Positions 50,640 through 62,300 of a stretch of DNA of 64,000 bases are shown piece by piece. The translations under genes and the position numbers were made by a program. Where the stretch lies: the NCBI GenBank assembly GCA_040285855.1, contig JAUFOQ010000006.1:620001-684000 (forward strand), given 5' to 3'. Position 1 is the first letter of the stretch; every line of letters begins with the position of its first letter. The stretch is from Eukaryota sp. GEM-RC1. Its lineage: Eukaryota. A model generated the notes under the pieces. It ran no database searches. It was not told the origin of the DNA and was given only the letters and a program-made list of their open reading frames with translations.

Positions 50640-51345
50640 TAGTACACTGTCTTTGAAGCAATAGTTCCCAACTTCTTGAGGTCTTTCAACAACACAATCA
50701 ATAGGCAATAAGTCGTGAAATTCGTCATGAAGACGTCCTTTAGATTCGTTTAATAAAAACCAACTTAATGTTCTTAAAGACTTGGAACATTTTGAAACAA
50801 TAAATTGCTTAGCATAGACGTACGAATCACATACAATTCTACCAGCCCATTCAGAACAAGCATTTTGCCATAGATGAGATAGATGAGATTTAGTTGTTTC
50901 ATCTAGCATTGGTTCTGGAAAGTTGACTCCAAGTGTAACAATCCCGTTGCCTAAAACAACTACATCGAAGTCAGTTATGTTAAATCCAGTTAAAACTGAG
51001 GGATTTTTATCATTCAAATAGTTGACAAAAACTCTATTAACTGTTTTTCGTTTTCAAAAAATCGAAGGTTGCTACAATCAGGTGGCAGTTCAACATCAGA
51101 TTCATGAGTCAACTCTGAAGTTGCAACAAAATTGTCTTGAAGGTAAAACTGATCTTTTATAAAATGACCAAACACTCCAGAAATCATGAAAACTTGTTGG
51201 TTTTGAATCCACACTTCTTTTCTGCATCACTTTTCATTTTGAGAGATTTATTCTCGTTCTTTCTTTGATCATCCAACTCCTCTGTAAGTGTCTCTGCAGG
51301 GATTTGATCAATTTCTCTAGTTTCAATATCAAAAGACAATATTGA
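50640..51345 (-). CDS. Family-B DNA polymerase-type DEDDy 3'-5' exonuclease domain, in frame with the Fanzor N-terminus
   Basis: ExoI SFDIET, ExoII NPSVLTGFNITDFD and ExoIII YCFKDS; ExoII, ExoIII and the Fanzor start lie in one unbroken ORF (50172-51017). Confidence 0.82.
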
Positions 51346-51701
51346 ACAATGATTAGAGTTATTTGGTAATTGGGAATGTTTGAGAAACTCAATCATTGGT
51401 TTTTTAGGAGGTTTCAAACTCTTTATCGCATTTGATACTCCACTTGCTTTTGGTTTGGTGGTTTTCCTTTTGGCAACTGTTGACTTTCTATTTCCTGCTG
51501 CTGTTGTTGTTTCAGTGGTGTCGGATGATTCAATTGTTTCTTTTTCTGTTGTATCAGGTTTCTCACAAGCCGCAACATTTATCTTTGGAGTTGGTAAATT
51601 TATTTCTGGAAGATCTGTCAACTCTGGACGACTAAAGTTATGATAACTTTCTTGAAATAATTCTTTAGCTTCTTCCAGCGCTTGTTCAATCATTTTTAAC
51701 T

Positions 51702-53496
51702 TCAAAAGACGTTTCTTTTCCGGTTAGATAAATTTCCAGGTAAACTTTTGGGAAAGTTTTGATAAGTGAGCTTTGACACCGTTTCCTTGTAACTACTATC
51801 ATCTAACATTGTTTCAGGAGTTGAACTTTCAGATTGACACTGTACAGGTTGATTAACAGGTGATTCAATCTCATCAGAATAAAACTCACCTTGGGCATGA
51901 GTACATACATATTGTCGGTATTCATCAGGGTGATCTTCATCAGGGTGAGTAGTAACGATTTGAGACAGTATTTGTTTTCTCATTTCTAATGCATTATAAG
52001 CAACACAATTAGAGACTTTAGACAGAATTTCGAAAAGATTTGTTGATGTTGATTCACACTCGACAAATTTATTCATATACATTAGAATAAATGGACCACA
52101 GTCATTAAGTGTTTGGACTTGTTGAACTGGTACTCTGGCTATATAGCTGAAATTTGCCATATCAAACAGGAATTGCTGTAATTGTGAAATGACATTGTCA
52201 ATACGTGATAAAGTGTTAGAAAACTGAGAATGTTGATCTTCTGTACACATTGAGTCAATAGAGAAGTATTGTTTATTTTGAATATCACAAATTAACAGTG
52301 ACCAGTGAGTGGCTGTTGTATCAAAGAGACCGTCATGTATTGGAATAAACAAGAAACGTTTCTTACACTTTTTAGTGTGTCTTTTACTGGATTTTTCCAT
52401 TGATAATTGAACCTCTCTAAATTGTTCAAACATTATGTTATACTGTGAAAGATTGATTGCATCTTGAATGTTGGCTACTTCAAAGAACTCGCATCGATTA
52501 CTCTTTTCAACAATGTACTGACCAACAAAGTCAATGACAGAATCATGAAGCAGCACATTAGGTTTCAGAGTGTCAATTTGATCAGATCTTAGTAAAATTG
52601 GTCTAGGACGAGATTGTGTTAGAATTCCACGATGTTGATGTTGTATAATTTGATATTTTTGAGAAAATTTCTTCTTTTTTGGAGGATATTTTCTAGATTT
52701 ACGAGTTCTTCGTGTACGATTTGAGTCTATAAGTTGATGGGGAGTAGTCAATGGCACTTGTCGAGTTTCATCAGGAGATGAAATTACTGTTGGGGTTGAA
52801 TGTGCTTGAGTGCTGTTTGAAAAGCACTCATTGACAATACTTACAGCAAGTATAGCAAAAGGCGTAGGATGAGTAGTTCCTATTAGATTTAGAACTTGTT
52901 TTCTCATTTCAAAAGCATCATAATCGACATAACCTTGGACTTGAGACATAGTTTCCTGGAAATTGTCAGATGATGATGCCAAATGAACAAATCTTTGCAT
53001 ATACATTAAGATATATGGTCCACAGTCGTTGGGAGTTTGCTGTTTAATAACTGGGAGCTTTCCTAAATTGGAAAAATTACCAAAATCTCGCAAATATACC
53101 TGTAAAGTACTGACAACTTGATCATTGTGAGTTGAAAGGTCAAATGAAAGTTGAATTGAACTGTCAGTGTACATTGGATCAATTAAAAAAAATGACGTAC
53201 TATCAATGTCACAAACAAGTAGAGTCCAATGAGTTGCTGTACCACGAAAGACACCATCGTTTATTGGAATAAATAAAAACCTTTTCCCAGTCTCTCGCAT
53301 TGAATTTTTGAACATTTAGAAATTCAAGAGCTAATGTGTCAAAATCGCCATAACTCACTGCAGCATGAAGATTCCCGATACAGAAAAACTGGCATAACTC
53401 ACTATTCTCGGTGATGTACTCACCATAAAAGTCAACAACAGAATCATCGAGCCATACGGAGGGCTTCAATGTAGTGATTCCTTCCTGAGTGACAAA
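51702..53496 (-). CDS. Tandem Ulp1/SENP-like (C48) cysteine protease domains of the polyprotein
   Basis: WLDDSVVDFY...FIPIN...HWTLLVCD...QQTPNDCGPY, and LLHDSVIDFV...FIPIH...HWSLLICD...QTLNDCGPF; both His-Asp-Cys triads intact. Confidence 0.88.
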
Positions 53497-53739
53497 AGGA
53501 CCAGGGTTTGATTCTATGTGTCCATCGATAGTCAAATCACAGAGAAATTGTGATGACTGGAGACTTGATTGTAGAAAAACCATACAAGTGCTGACTTTAT
53601 GATCGTAAAAACAAAACAACGACTGAGACGAACTCAAGACTTTCCTTAACAACAACAAAAGAAGAAACAACATAGAATAATTCGAGAATCCATGAGGAGA
53701 AAAAGGAACGCCTCGAGAAAATATGTTCTCTTGGCACAT
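53497..53739 (-). other. Leader peptide MCQENIFSRGV-hydrophobic-2A-like motif (DLTIDGHIESNPG|P)
   Basis: Matches D(V/I)ExNPGP except His for Asp; lies directly before the first Ulp1 domain. Confidence 0.7.
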
Positions 53740-53899
53740 CCTTAAACACGTGATCGTGTTTGGTTGATGAAAAGAAGAAGGAGAGAGATCTCAGGACACA
53801 AGTATCCATAGACATCTCTCCAAGCAATTGGACTCAAATATAAATTCAGACTATTTATAGATGTTGTCTACAGTGACATCTTGACATACTGAAACTGAC

Positions 53900-54012
53900 A
53901 ACATATGTAACAACAACATTTAATAGTACAACATTTAATAGTACAACATTTGTTACAACAACATTTGGTGACACAACATTTGTTACAACAACATTTGGTG
54001 ATACAACATTAG
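53900..54012. repeat. 15-bp tandem repeat (ACAACATTTGTTACA-like), ~7 copies, upstream of the polyprotein gene
   Basis: Read directly; a TATA-like CTATAAATA lies on the minus strand at ~53852-53860. Confidence 0.75.
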
Positions 54013-54475
54013 TTGAAAACTATAAGATACAAAGTATACATGATTTATGAAAGTATTTATAATTTATCAACTACTAGTACCATCTCAAGAAAACAACTCT
54101 TATGCTCCCAATAATAAATTGTGAATATATTCTTTCAAAGATTTAATAATGCAGATAATTACATTGACTTGTCAAGTGTTTATATTGATAGATTCTCTTT
54201 AGACGACTAGTATCAATTAAGTCAACTGTATTTTCTTTAATCTTTTGAGTTTCTTTTATTGTAACAAATATGACCTTTTGTGCGAAAAAATCTATATAAA
54301 TAAAAAGAACAAAAAATAAAAAAACGGAAGAGAATGTATTCGAGAAAGCAAAGAGTAACATCTAGATGTAGGAACAGAAGTAGAGCCCACACGTGTCTTC
54401 GTATCTTAAGGTTATAGTATTGGTTCAGCAGAGCGATGACGGTCCAAGGTTTTGAGGATGGAGCGCCTTCGACGT

Positions 54476-56987
54476 TATATCTTTACTCTGTTGACTCTAG
54501 TAAAATAGCGTCCACACTTATCATAGAACTCTAGAAAAAGTTCCTGGACCTGTGCTCTGTATGGAGTCAAAACAGCCACTGTCACTTTTCTATCCAACAA
54601 TTGCTCCATCTGTGATTTGTGATTTTTTTACAAAATTAGTAACTTGTTCCACAATGGCATTACATTCAGCCTTATTCAATAGACTCCCTGAAAGTTCGGC
54701 AGAAGACTTGTGATGAGAGCCAATAGTACTCACAAATTGTCTCCCTGGCAAATGTGAAGTGACCTTTGTAGGGTTCAATGGTACTAATTTTGTCATCATA
54801 AAATTGGGTATCAGAAAAATTCCACAATTCTGAAAATTGTCGATATTGTGGATTAAGCTGAGTATACCTGTTATTGTCTATCATTGCAGAGGTCAGTCTT
54901 TCCATAAGAGAAATCGACAATTTTGAATTCTTACTGATTACCACTGGTGGTAATTGTTGGGGATCTCCAACAATCACGACTGAAGTTTCGTCGCTTTTTA
55001 AAGCAGATACAATTTCTGGTTCAGTTGCTTGAGCAGCTTCATCTATGATAGGGACACTTGTAGGAAAAATCTTTTCTTGTCTGTCTGTATCCACTTGCAA
55101 GAGCTAATGTAGTAAAAACAACATCAAATTCATTCTTAATCTAACTCAAGTCGAGCTTTTCTTCTTTTCATCAGCAGTGATAGCACTGACAGATTCAACC
55201 GTTTCAGCATCAGGATTCAAGGCTTGTCCAAAAAATTCATCAACTGATTGTGGAACACGAGATAGATTGTGACCGATAGCGTTTTTTCTTTGTTTCTCAT
55301 TTTCAATTGCATCTCTGTCTTTCTTTTCTTCAATTCTTTTTGGCAGTAGAAATTCTTGAATTGATGGAGGCGGATCTCGATTCTGAGCACTGATACGGAG
55401 TAGCTTGTTTCTATCAATGTTGGGTTCATTTGACAGCTTCTCAAGAATGACTTCAACGGCATTATTTGAAGGTGCCGCAACCCATACTGGACGTTTATCA
55501 GCGATTAATGACATAATTAGTTTCACAATTGTCATTGTTTTACCAGTACCAGATCCACCATGTATGAAATACAATCCTGGTCTAGAAACGTGTAACTCTC
55601 TAATTCTTCCAACTGAGTGTCTTTGTGAATTATTCAAATTTTTGAAAATTTCTGGTGAACCTGGTGTAAGATTCGCTTCACATGGAGAAATTGGATCTGA
55701 TGATCCAGCAATGTTCAATTGATATTGAAACCGAGGAGGAACTTTCAAATCTAACATGGCTGAAATTTGACGTAAGAAATTGCTGCCAGAACCAACTTTA
55801 ACTGGAACTTCAAACGTTTAAATTTAAATTCAATAATGCAAAAACAAGTTATCTGAAGACCCAACATTTTCACAAGGACGTGCTTTTGAAAACTCTGCTG
55901 CAAAAGATATTTGAACTAATACTTCATACATTGGCAGATTTAGTTCATGAATTGTATTCAAAAAAGTTTCAAAACTACTGATATTGTCGCGAAATGATGG
56001 ATTTTTAACTCTATCAGCCAAAATAAGACGAATTTTGGTCAAATATCCATGTTTGTGTTGCCGTGAAGGTTGTAAAGAGTATTCCATGAAGCATTCCTGT
56101 TTATCAATGTTGTTCAGACCAAGACAACAGTTTGCAACCGTTTCATCTAAGAGTTTATTGATCCACTCAACTGAATATTCATTTGGAATTGCAGTGTGAT
56201 AAAGCTCACTAATGAATTCCTTCTTTTGATCGTCAGGCAATTGAATTTGGTGTCTAATATTTTCAGAATTTTCCTTGACAATAGCCCAAAATTTGAACAT
56301 ATATGGCACATATAAACTATTCACAGATGGTTTTTTGTCTCTGAGAGGGGCTTGTTGAGAAGATGGTTCAATCTGAAAGAAATTTTGGCCAAAAATATAA
56401 GAAGAACCAGAATCAATGTTTTTCGAGGCAAAAACATCGATAGCAATTCTAATCTATCAGTTTCAAGAAAATCGTTGAGTTGGTTTTCAGACCAAAAAGG
56501 TACTACTTTGCGCTGACTCATTCGATCTTTTTGCAGTAAGGGATTAGGTGTTTCAGATAGGAAAGGTCTGTTATGGTCGGCGAGATCAGGCAAGTCTTGT
56601 GGTGGGGCACTAACTTCATATTCTGCTGTTGGTGGTTCATTCTTGTGAACCTCTTTAATCTGATTAGTGGCCCAGGTTTTTCCTTCTGATACTGATTTAA
56701 CCCTGTTATGTCTAAGCTTTCCTATAACATAGTCAGCTTTAAACGATGTTCGATTATGGTTTTTGTACCAATATGTTTTATTTTCGACATCTACTAAGAA
56801 AAAAAAGAACAATATCAGGTTTGCGGGGACCAGGGTTGGCTTCGATATCACCATGCTGAGTAAGATCATGTGCAAAAGGTTGTGCTGATGAAAGAAGAGA
56901 AAAAATGAAGGAGATGGAAGGAAAGATAAAGAAGTTTGGGAAAAGCCAAGACACAACGCCTCGAGAAAATATGTTCTCTTGGCATTG
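54476..56987 (-). pseudogene. 2A-leader plus Upf1/DNA2-like SF1B helicase gene, frameshifted, C-terminal motifs V/VI not evident
   Basis: Canonical 2A DLTQHGDIEANPG|P (56826-56870); LNNSQ; GGSGTGKT; AAPSNNAV; IIDEAAQATE; VGDPQQLPP; QYR; N.AE; VLTPYRAQ. Confidence 0.82.
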
Positions 56988-57239
56988 GTCTGAAGAACTG
57001 ATGTTCTTTGTGAGACTAAAAAGGGCAAGTGGAGTAGTAGCATATGATGAAATGAAATGGCGCTTTTTTATGGTGGAGTACCATTTGCATAATTTCGAGT
57101 GTTGATTTCTTCCATCAATCAACAACTAAGAAGACGTTTCTATGTAGCGATTTTTGATTAATCATGTCAGTAATGATCATGATATTGTTGAGTTTTATGG
57201 ATATTTTGAGAAAATAGTTATGTTTCTCTTATATATATA

Positions 57240-57844
57240 GTAGGTGTCCCAATACAAGCAAAGTTCCAATACAAGCAAGGCCCCAATACAAGCAAGTAAA
57301 AGTGTTTGCTTGTATTATTCTATTGCATTCGGGATGTTGAGCGGGTTATACTTCAATACAAAGTTTGTTAAGGTGAATTACGACGTATGGAGCTGTGGAC
57401 GAACTTCATAGTGTCCAATTAAGTGCCTAAATGTTGTTGCGGATTTTTACCCGAAGAACTCCATGGAGTTATTGTATTGTTTGGCATTTATAAAATCAGA
57501 AGCACAAAATGGCGTTTTAAAACCAAATTATGGAACATTAGGCAATAGAATCCCTGTCATTAGAACTTTGCTCCTATAAGACAAATATTGTGTACTTGTA
57601 GAACAAATTAAAATACTGTTATTAAAGCATGTGTCATAGTGTGTTGTTATAAATTTTTGTTCTATTTAGAATACAGTGTACAAGTAGCATTACGAATTAG
57701 AGTATGTGATCCTGTAATATATTGAAAATAAAGGTGTCGTCGCTTCACCGTATAATAGGGTCCCAATACATGCAAGGTCCCAATACAAGCAAGAAAATGT
57801 GTTTGCTTGTATAAGATATAAAGTTGCTTGTATTGGGACACCTA
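57240..57844. mobile_element. MITE with 22-bp TIRs (Tc1/mariner-pogo-like, in TA-rich context)
   Basis: GTAGGTGTCCCAATACAAGCAA ... TTGCTTGTATTGGGACACCTAC; internal CCAATACAAGCAA repeats. Confidence 0.85.
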
Positions 57845-57988
57845 CGATATTCGCATATCAAAGTGATGTGTCAAATCAGTGCCATTTCAAGATTAAGATT
57901 GTATAAGAGTTCTCCTTACGTTTCCCACAGTGCAGTGTTTTAGTATTTTTTCACACGTTTCTTCCAACTTAGAAGTGACGCTTGACCT

Positions 57989-58900
57989 ATGAATTTTCGC
58001 CAAGCGGGACAAGCTGTTCCACAACGATTCTTCTTCAAACCTCGTTTCAGCACTACAAAGGACTCCCAGCCTCCTCCTTTCGGATCTTCATCACCCCGAT
58101 TCTCTTCCATAACTCAAAAACATCAGTATGATCTTGGTCCTGGAAGCTATGTAGCTGGTAACATATCAAATCCATCGTTTTCTGAAAAAGGATATGGTGC
58201 TCTCTGCAGTCGTACTAAACGCTTTCGACGTGCTCCAAAATCCGCTGCACCTGTCTTACAATCTCATACTTCTCCTTCATCTCCCAAATACTCAAAACCT
58301 TCACCATGGTCATACCAACCTTCTACATCTCGTCTCATACCCCCTGACGATTCAGCACCTCCTGACTTCTACAACACGTCAACTTCCTCTGCAGTTCCTT
58401 TCCTAGCCTCCATCTCCTTCAAATCATCTTCCTCCCGATCTTCTCTTGTTCCTAGAGATGCTCCTGACCTTCCTGGTCCTTTTGATTACTACTCTACTGA
58501 TTCTTCTACCACACAGACCAAAAGTCCAAGGACATCGTTCTTCTTTGCGAAACCTGTTGAGAAACCACAAAACAAAGGCATATTTCCTATTGGTACTAAG
58601 CCACGATCCAGTCCTGGTCCTGGTGACTATGACGTTCCCAATTCAATCAAAATCTCTAAAGTTAGTCGACCGTCTCCTTGTTTTCAAAGTTCAGTGAAGA
58701 AACCAGACACAAACAAAACAGTCAATGATGTTGAACCTATTGTTGACTTGAATCCAGATAAACCATCTCGGAATGTCCCTTCTTGTACACACGTGTTTAA
58801 GAAGTCTGATACAAAACCAAGAAGGAAGATTTCGACGTTTATTCCAGGACCTGCAATGTATCAACCCACCCCTCTTTCTAAAAAAATCATTTCTAATTAA
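57989..58900 (+). CDS. SHIPPO/PGP-repeat (ODF3/STPG-like) axonemal protein
   Basis: Repeated LGPGSY, PGPFDY, PGPGDY and PGPAMY motifs. Confidence 0.75.
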   Translation: MNFRQAGQAVPQRFFFKPRFSTTKDSQPPPFGSSSPRFSSITQKHQYDLGPGSYVAGNISNPSFSEKGYGALCSRTKRFRRAPKSAAPVLQSHTSPSSPKYSKPSPWSYQPSTSRLIPPDDSAPPDFYNTSTSSAVPFLASISFKSSSSRSSLVPRDAPDLPGPFDYYSTDSSTTQTKSPRTSFFFAKPVEKPQNKGIFPIGTKPRSSPGPGDYDVPNSIKISKVSRPSPCFQSSVKKPDTNKTVNDVEPIVDLNPDKPSRNVPSCTHVFKKSDTKPRRKISTFIPGPAMYQPTPLSKKIISN

Positions 58901-59120
58901 TAAGAATGGAAAATTTGTGTAAATATTTGATCGACAGTTCAGAAAGTTCTTGTTTTATTGTTATTTCGGATTGTTTGCATGTTTTTTCTTAATGATGGAC
59001 AATGATTTGAATGTGCAGAACGATAATACATGAGAGGATTTTTTTTTTGAAAAAAGGTTTTTCACAAAATATAGTCGGTAACCTCCTAACTGTTTGAATA
59101 ATATTCAATATTTTGTAAAA

Positions 59121-60082
59121 TTAGTCAGAGAATTCAGGTCGATATTTGGGAGTTTTTTGAAAACCTTCCATTATTTGTTGGCATAAATTATTAATTTCAC
59201 CGTCAGTAGTTAGATTTCTATTTCGTTTCCAATATTTTAAATATTCCAGAAGTTCTTTCTCTTGACCTAATCTTTCCACACCTTCTACATGCATAATTAA
59301 AAGGCCAACACTCGTAGAGTGTGTCTCTTGCATTTGGAGAAGGAAAATGATGTGGAAAGAAATGGAATGAAATCTAAGGATAAAACTAAGTCGTACCCTT
59401 TAGGATATTTCACTAAATTTTCAAGAATTTTTAAAAGTGGAAGCATAATAAAGGAAATAGTTGTTAGTTCCTTGATTTTTGAAAAATGTGTTTCATTTAA
59501 AAGAATATCAAAACACTGAACCTCTTTATGAGTTTGCATTAAAGCAACCATAGCATTCAATGCATCGTGTAATATCTGTTCACTCATGGAAGTGGAGAGA
59601 CAATTCAACAGTGGTGGGATGTAAAAGAAACAAGAAAAAGAGCTGGGTTGTTTGATTAGAAACGAAGAACGAAAGAGGACTGAAGAGAGGAGAGAAACAA
59701 CATGAATTGAGAAGGGGGAGGGCTCTTCGTTAGGCAGGAAACGTACTAATTGAGAAGGAATGGGAGAAGCGAGTATGAAATCAAGACACTGGGGTATGGT
59801 AACTAATTTCTGAAAGCAGGATATAAGATATTCTGTTTGGAAAGAAGGTAACTCAAGAAGAGAAGAAAGTTGAGTGATTCCAGGATCTGAGAATAGTAAC
59901 TTATCAGAATCAGTTGTTAGAATAGATGGAATAAGTTTAATGATGGAGGTAACATTGTCCTCAGTTATCTCAGAAGATTTATTCAGAAAAGAATGAAGTT
60001 GTCCCAGAACTTTAAGAACAGATTGTTCACCAAGTGCAAGACTAGGCTCACTGGGAGAGGACAGCTTCTGGGGAAGCAACAT
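59121..60082 (-). CDS. ARM/HEAT-repeat-like helical protein (one frameshift near 59335)
   Basis: Leu-rich amphipathic helical pattern; two overlapping ORFs. Confidence 0.5.
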
Positions 60083-60126
60083 TGAGATTCGAAGAAGAGG
60101 TTTTGTAACAAATTGTCGTTGATCAA

Positions 60127-61434
60127 ATGTCCTCAACTGCTTCTCATGATGAACGGCTTCTTTTCCCACCAAATGATGGATGCATCAATTATCAACCTCC
60201 TCGTCCTTTTCAAGTAGATGACATATCCAAAACTGGTTTTGTCTTCAAATACTCCAAAAGTGTTTTTTTCTTCAAAGTGGACTCGGTGTTACCTACAACT
60301 ACGTGGTGTTCTACTCGAGTTCTTTTCCACCGACAACATCACTGAACCTACACTGTCACTGCCTGTCTCTGGCTGCACCTTCTCATCTATCACTAAAAGC
60401 AATCAAAGCTGCATTATTATCACATATGATGAAGTTCCTGACATCTTTTTCCACACTTCTTCTTACAAGGAAAATCTGGATTGGCTAGCGGCCTTACAAT
60501 CCTCTCAAGCCCTTGGAAAATACCTCAACCTATGTGACATTGAAGGTTGTAACTCAGATCCAGATGTTCTCAAAATCTTCTCTTCCGATCTCAACAATCT
60601 CACTGCTTTCTCTCTCCACAACAAATCTCTTCCAGTCAACATATACTCTGCCCTAGCTGTCCCCCTTGAATGCTCCCATCTCAACTCCCTTACAATCTCC
60701 CACTGTTCTCTCACTGACGAAGCTCTGTCCTTCCTTGAAAACCCTCTCTCTAGGATCACCTCGCTACTTGACTTTGATCTCTCCCACAACAACCTCACTG
60801 AAATTGGCGGGAACATCATTGGAAGAGTCCTATCACGTTCACACTCCATCCGCAAACTTCTCCTTGGCAACAACTCTCTTGGAGATGGGGGTTTAGAGGC
60901 GATCATATCAGGCCTGTCTTCTCATCGAGTAGCCTCTACTACTGGACCAGTTGCTTTACAATGTCTGTCTGTTGCTAATAATGGTATCTCAGCCCAAGGG
61001 GTGTCGTTAATGGTAGAATCAATGGTGGTTGACTCAGAAAATGGTGACGTTTTTGTGGAGGTTCCGATAGAACAGCTGGATTTGTCTGGTAATAAGTTTG
61101 GGGATTTAGGGGTGTCTTTTTGAAGAAAATAATATTTAATGATTTTTTGAAAACATTGAGTATTTCTAGTTGCGGTGTAACACGTGTTGGGTGTGAATTA
61201 ATTACATTGATGTTACAAAACAATGAGAGTTTAAGTGAGTTAAATCTATCTCAATCAGAACTTTCAAATGTAGCAGTAGTACAATTATCCAAGACAATCT
61301 CCCTGCATCCTAGACTAAAACGACTCTACCTCAACGATTGCTCAATGTCTTCTGAGATTGTAGAGATCTTGATGAGTGTTTGTAGTACTAGATCCTTTGG
61401 AACAAGTGAGCTAGTCATCGAACGGTCTTTGTGA
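60127..61434 (+). CDS. PH domain plus RI-like LRR protein (two frameshifts in T runs)
   Basis: KTGFVFK...KWTRCYLQL...ENLDWLAAL (PH domain), followed by LxLxxNxL repeats. Confidence 0.75.
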
Positions 61435-61976
61435 TGAGATTAACTGGAGGGGTTTTAAGTTTTGTGGACATTTGCCGATGAGTAAACATCAGAACATTGT
61501 GACAGTATCAGTTTAGTGTTTGGGGAAAGTGTATTTCAATTTGATCGATTGTCAATCATGCTTTTGGGCTGTTGTTCCACCATGATTATTACATTGATGA
61601 TGTTTGTATCATTTCTTTGACTCGGTCTCAACCTTTGCTGTGTTACAAATACACATTACATTGCTATTCTAATGATTATTGAGATTAAACTCACCTGTTG
61701 GCGTATTCCTTATTCATGTCTGTCAAATTAGTGGAACTTAGAAGGAGTGTACAGTATTGAGATTAACTGTTCCTAGCCCTTCTAACCTACTCTTCAATTG
61801 CCATCTTTTGTACAGTACATTACTGGTGGTGTTGCTAGCCAGTATTAGATTATACAGTATTTCTCGTATTTAATTCATGTTGATTGAGATCAAAATGCAG
61901 TAGATATTTGATTGAGATCAGAAAGAGTTTGATCGAGGTTTATGAACATAAAATCAAACAAATTTATTCAGAAATA

Positions 61977-62300
61977 TCAACAGCGGAGGAATACCTTCCA
62001 CATTGTAGTAGTAATCGTGTGTACGTTACAACCACAGCCATCACACTGAAGGCCGTCGGGACCAAAATTGATAGTAGCGATGTTTGTTTTGGCTCTATAT
62101 CTTACAGAGGAGGATCCTGTATTACTGGCATAAGCCCATTTCTTTGGATAAATTTAGTACTCAGGAAAGTCTTCCCATTGACCAGAAGTTGATGTGTATA
62201 TACGTTCGATGGTAGAAGAGGAAAGATTGTGGATCACAACCCGATACAGAGTACACTCGGACAACACAAGAAGGAGGAGGAGGCCTAGAAGAATAGACAT
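61977..62300 (-). pseudogene. Tandem paralogue of the small secreted protein at 62615; one in-frame TAA
   Basis: Translates MSILLGLLLLLVLSECT...FPEY*IYP...ASNTGSSSVRYRA...FGPDGLQC.GCGC...WKVFLRC. Confidence 0.8.

Noticed and set aside
50640..51345. Complete family-B DNA polymerase (Polinton or virus)
   Set aside because: Only the exonuclease motifs are present; no SLYPS or YGDTDS polymerase motifs follow.
54476..56987. Helitron RepHel or host UPF1
   Set aside because: The motifs are Upf1-like rather than Pif1-like, no HUH Rep motifs are seen, and the UPF1 Cys/His-rich domain is absent.
57240..57844. TIRs as a terminus of the Fanzor/helicase cassette
   Set aside because: The two TIRs pair with each other over 605 bp, and no copy was seen near 48.3 kb. 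It is an independent MITE.
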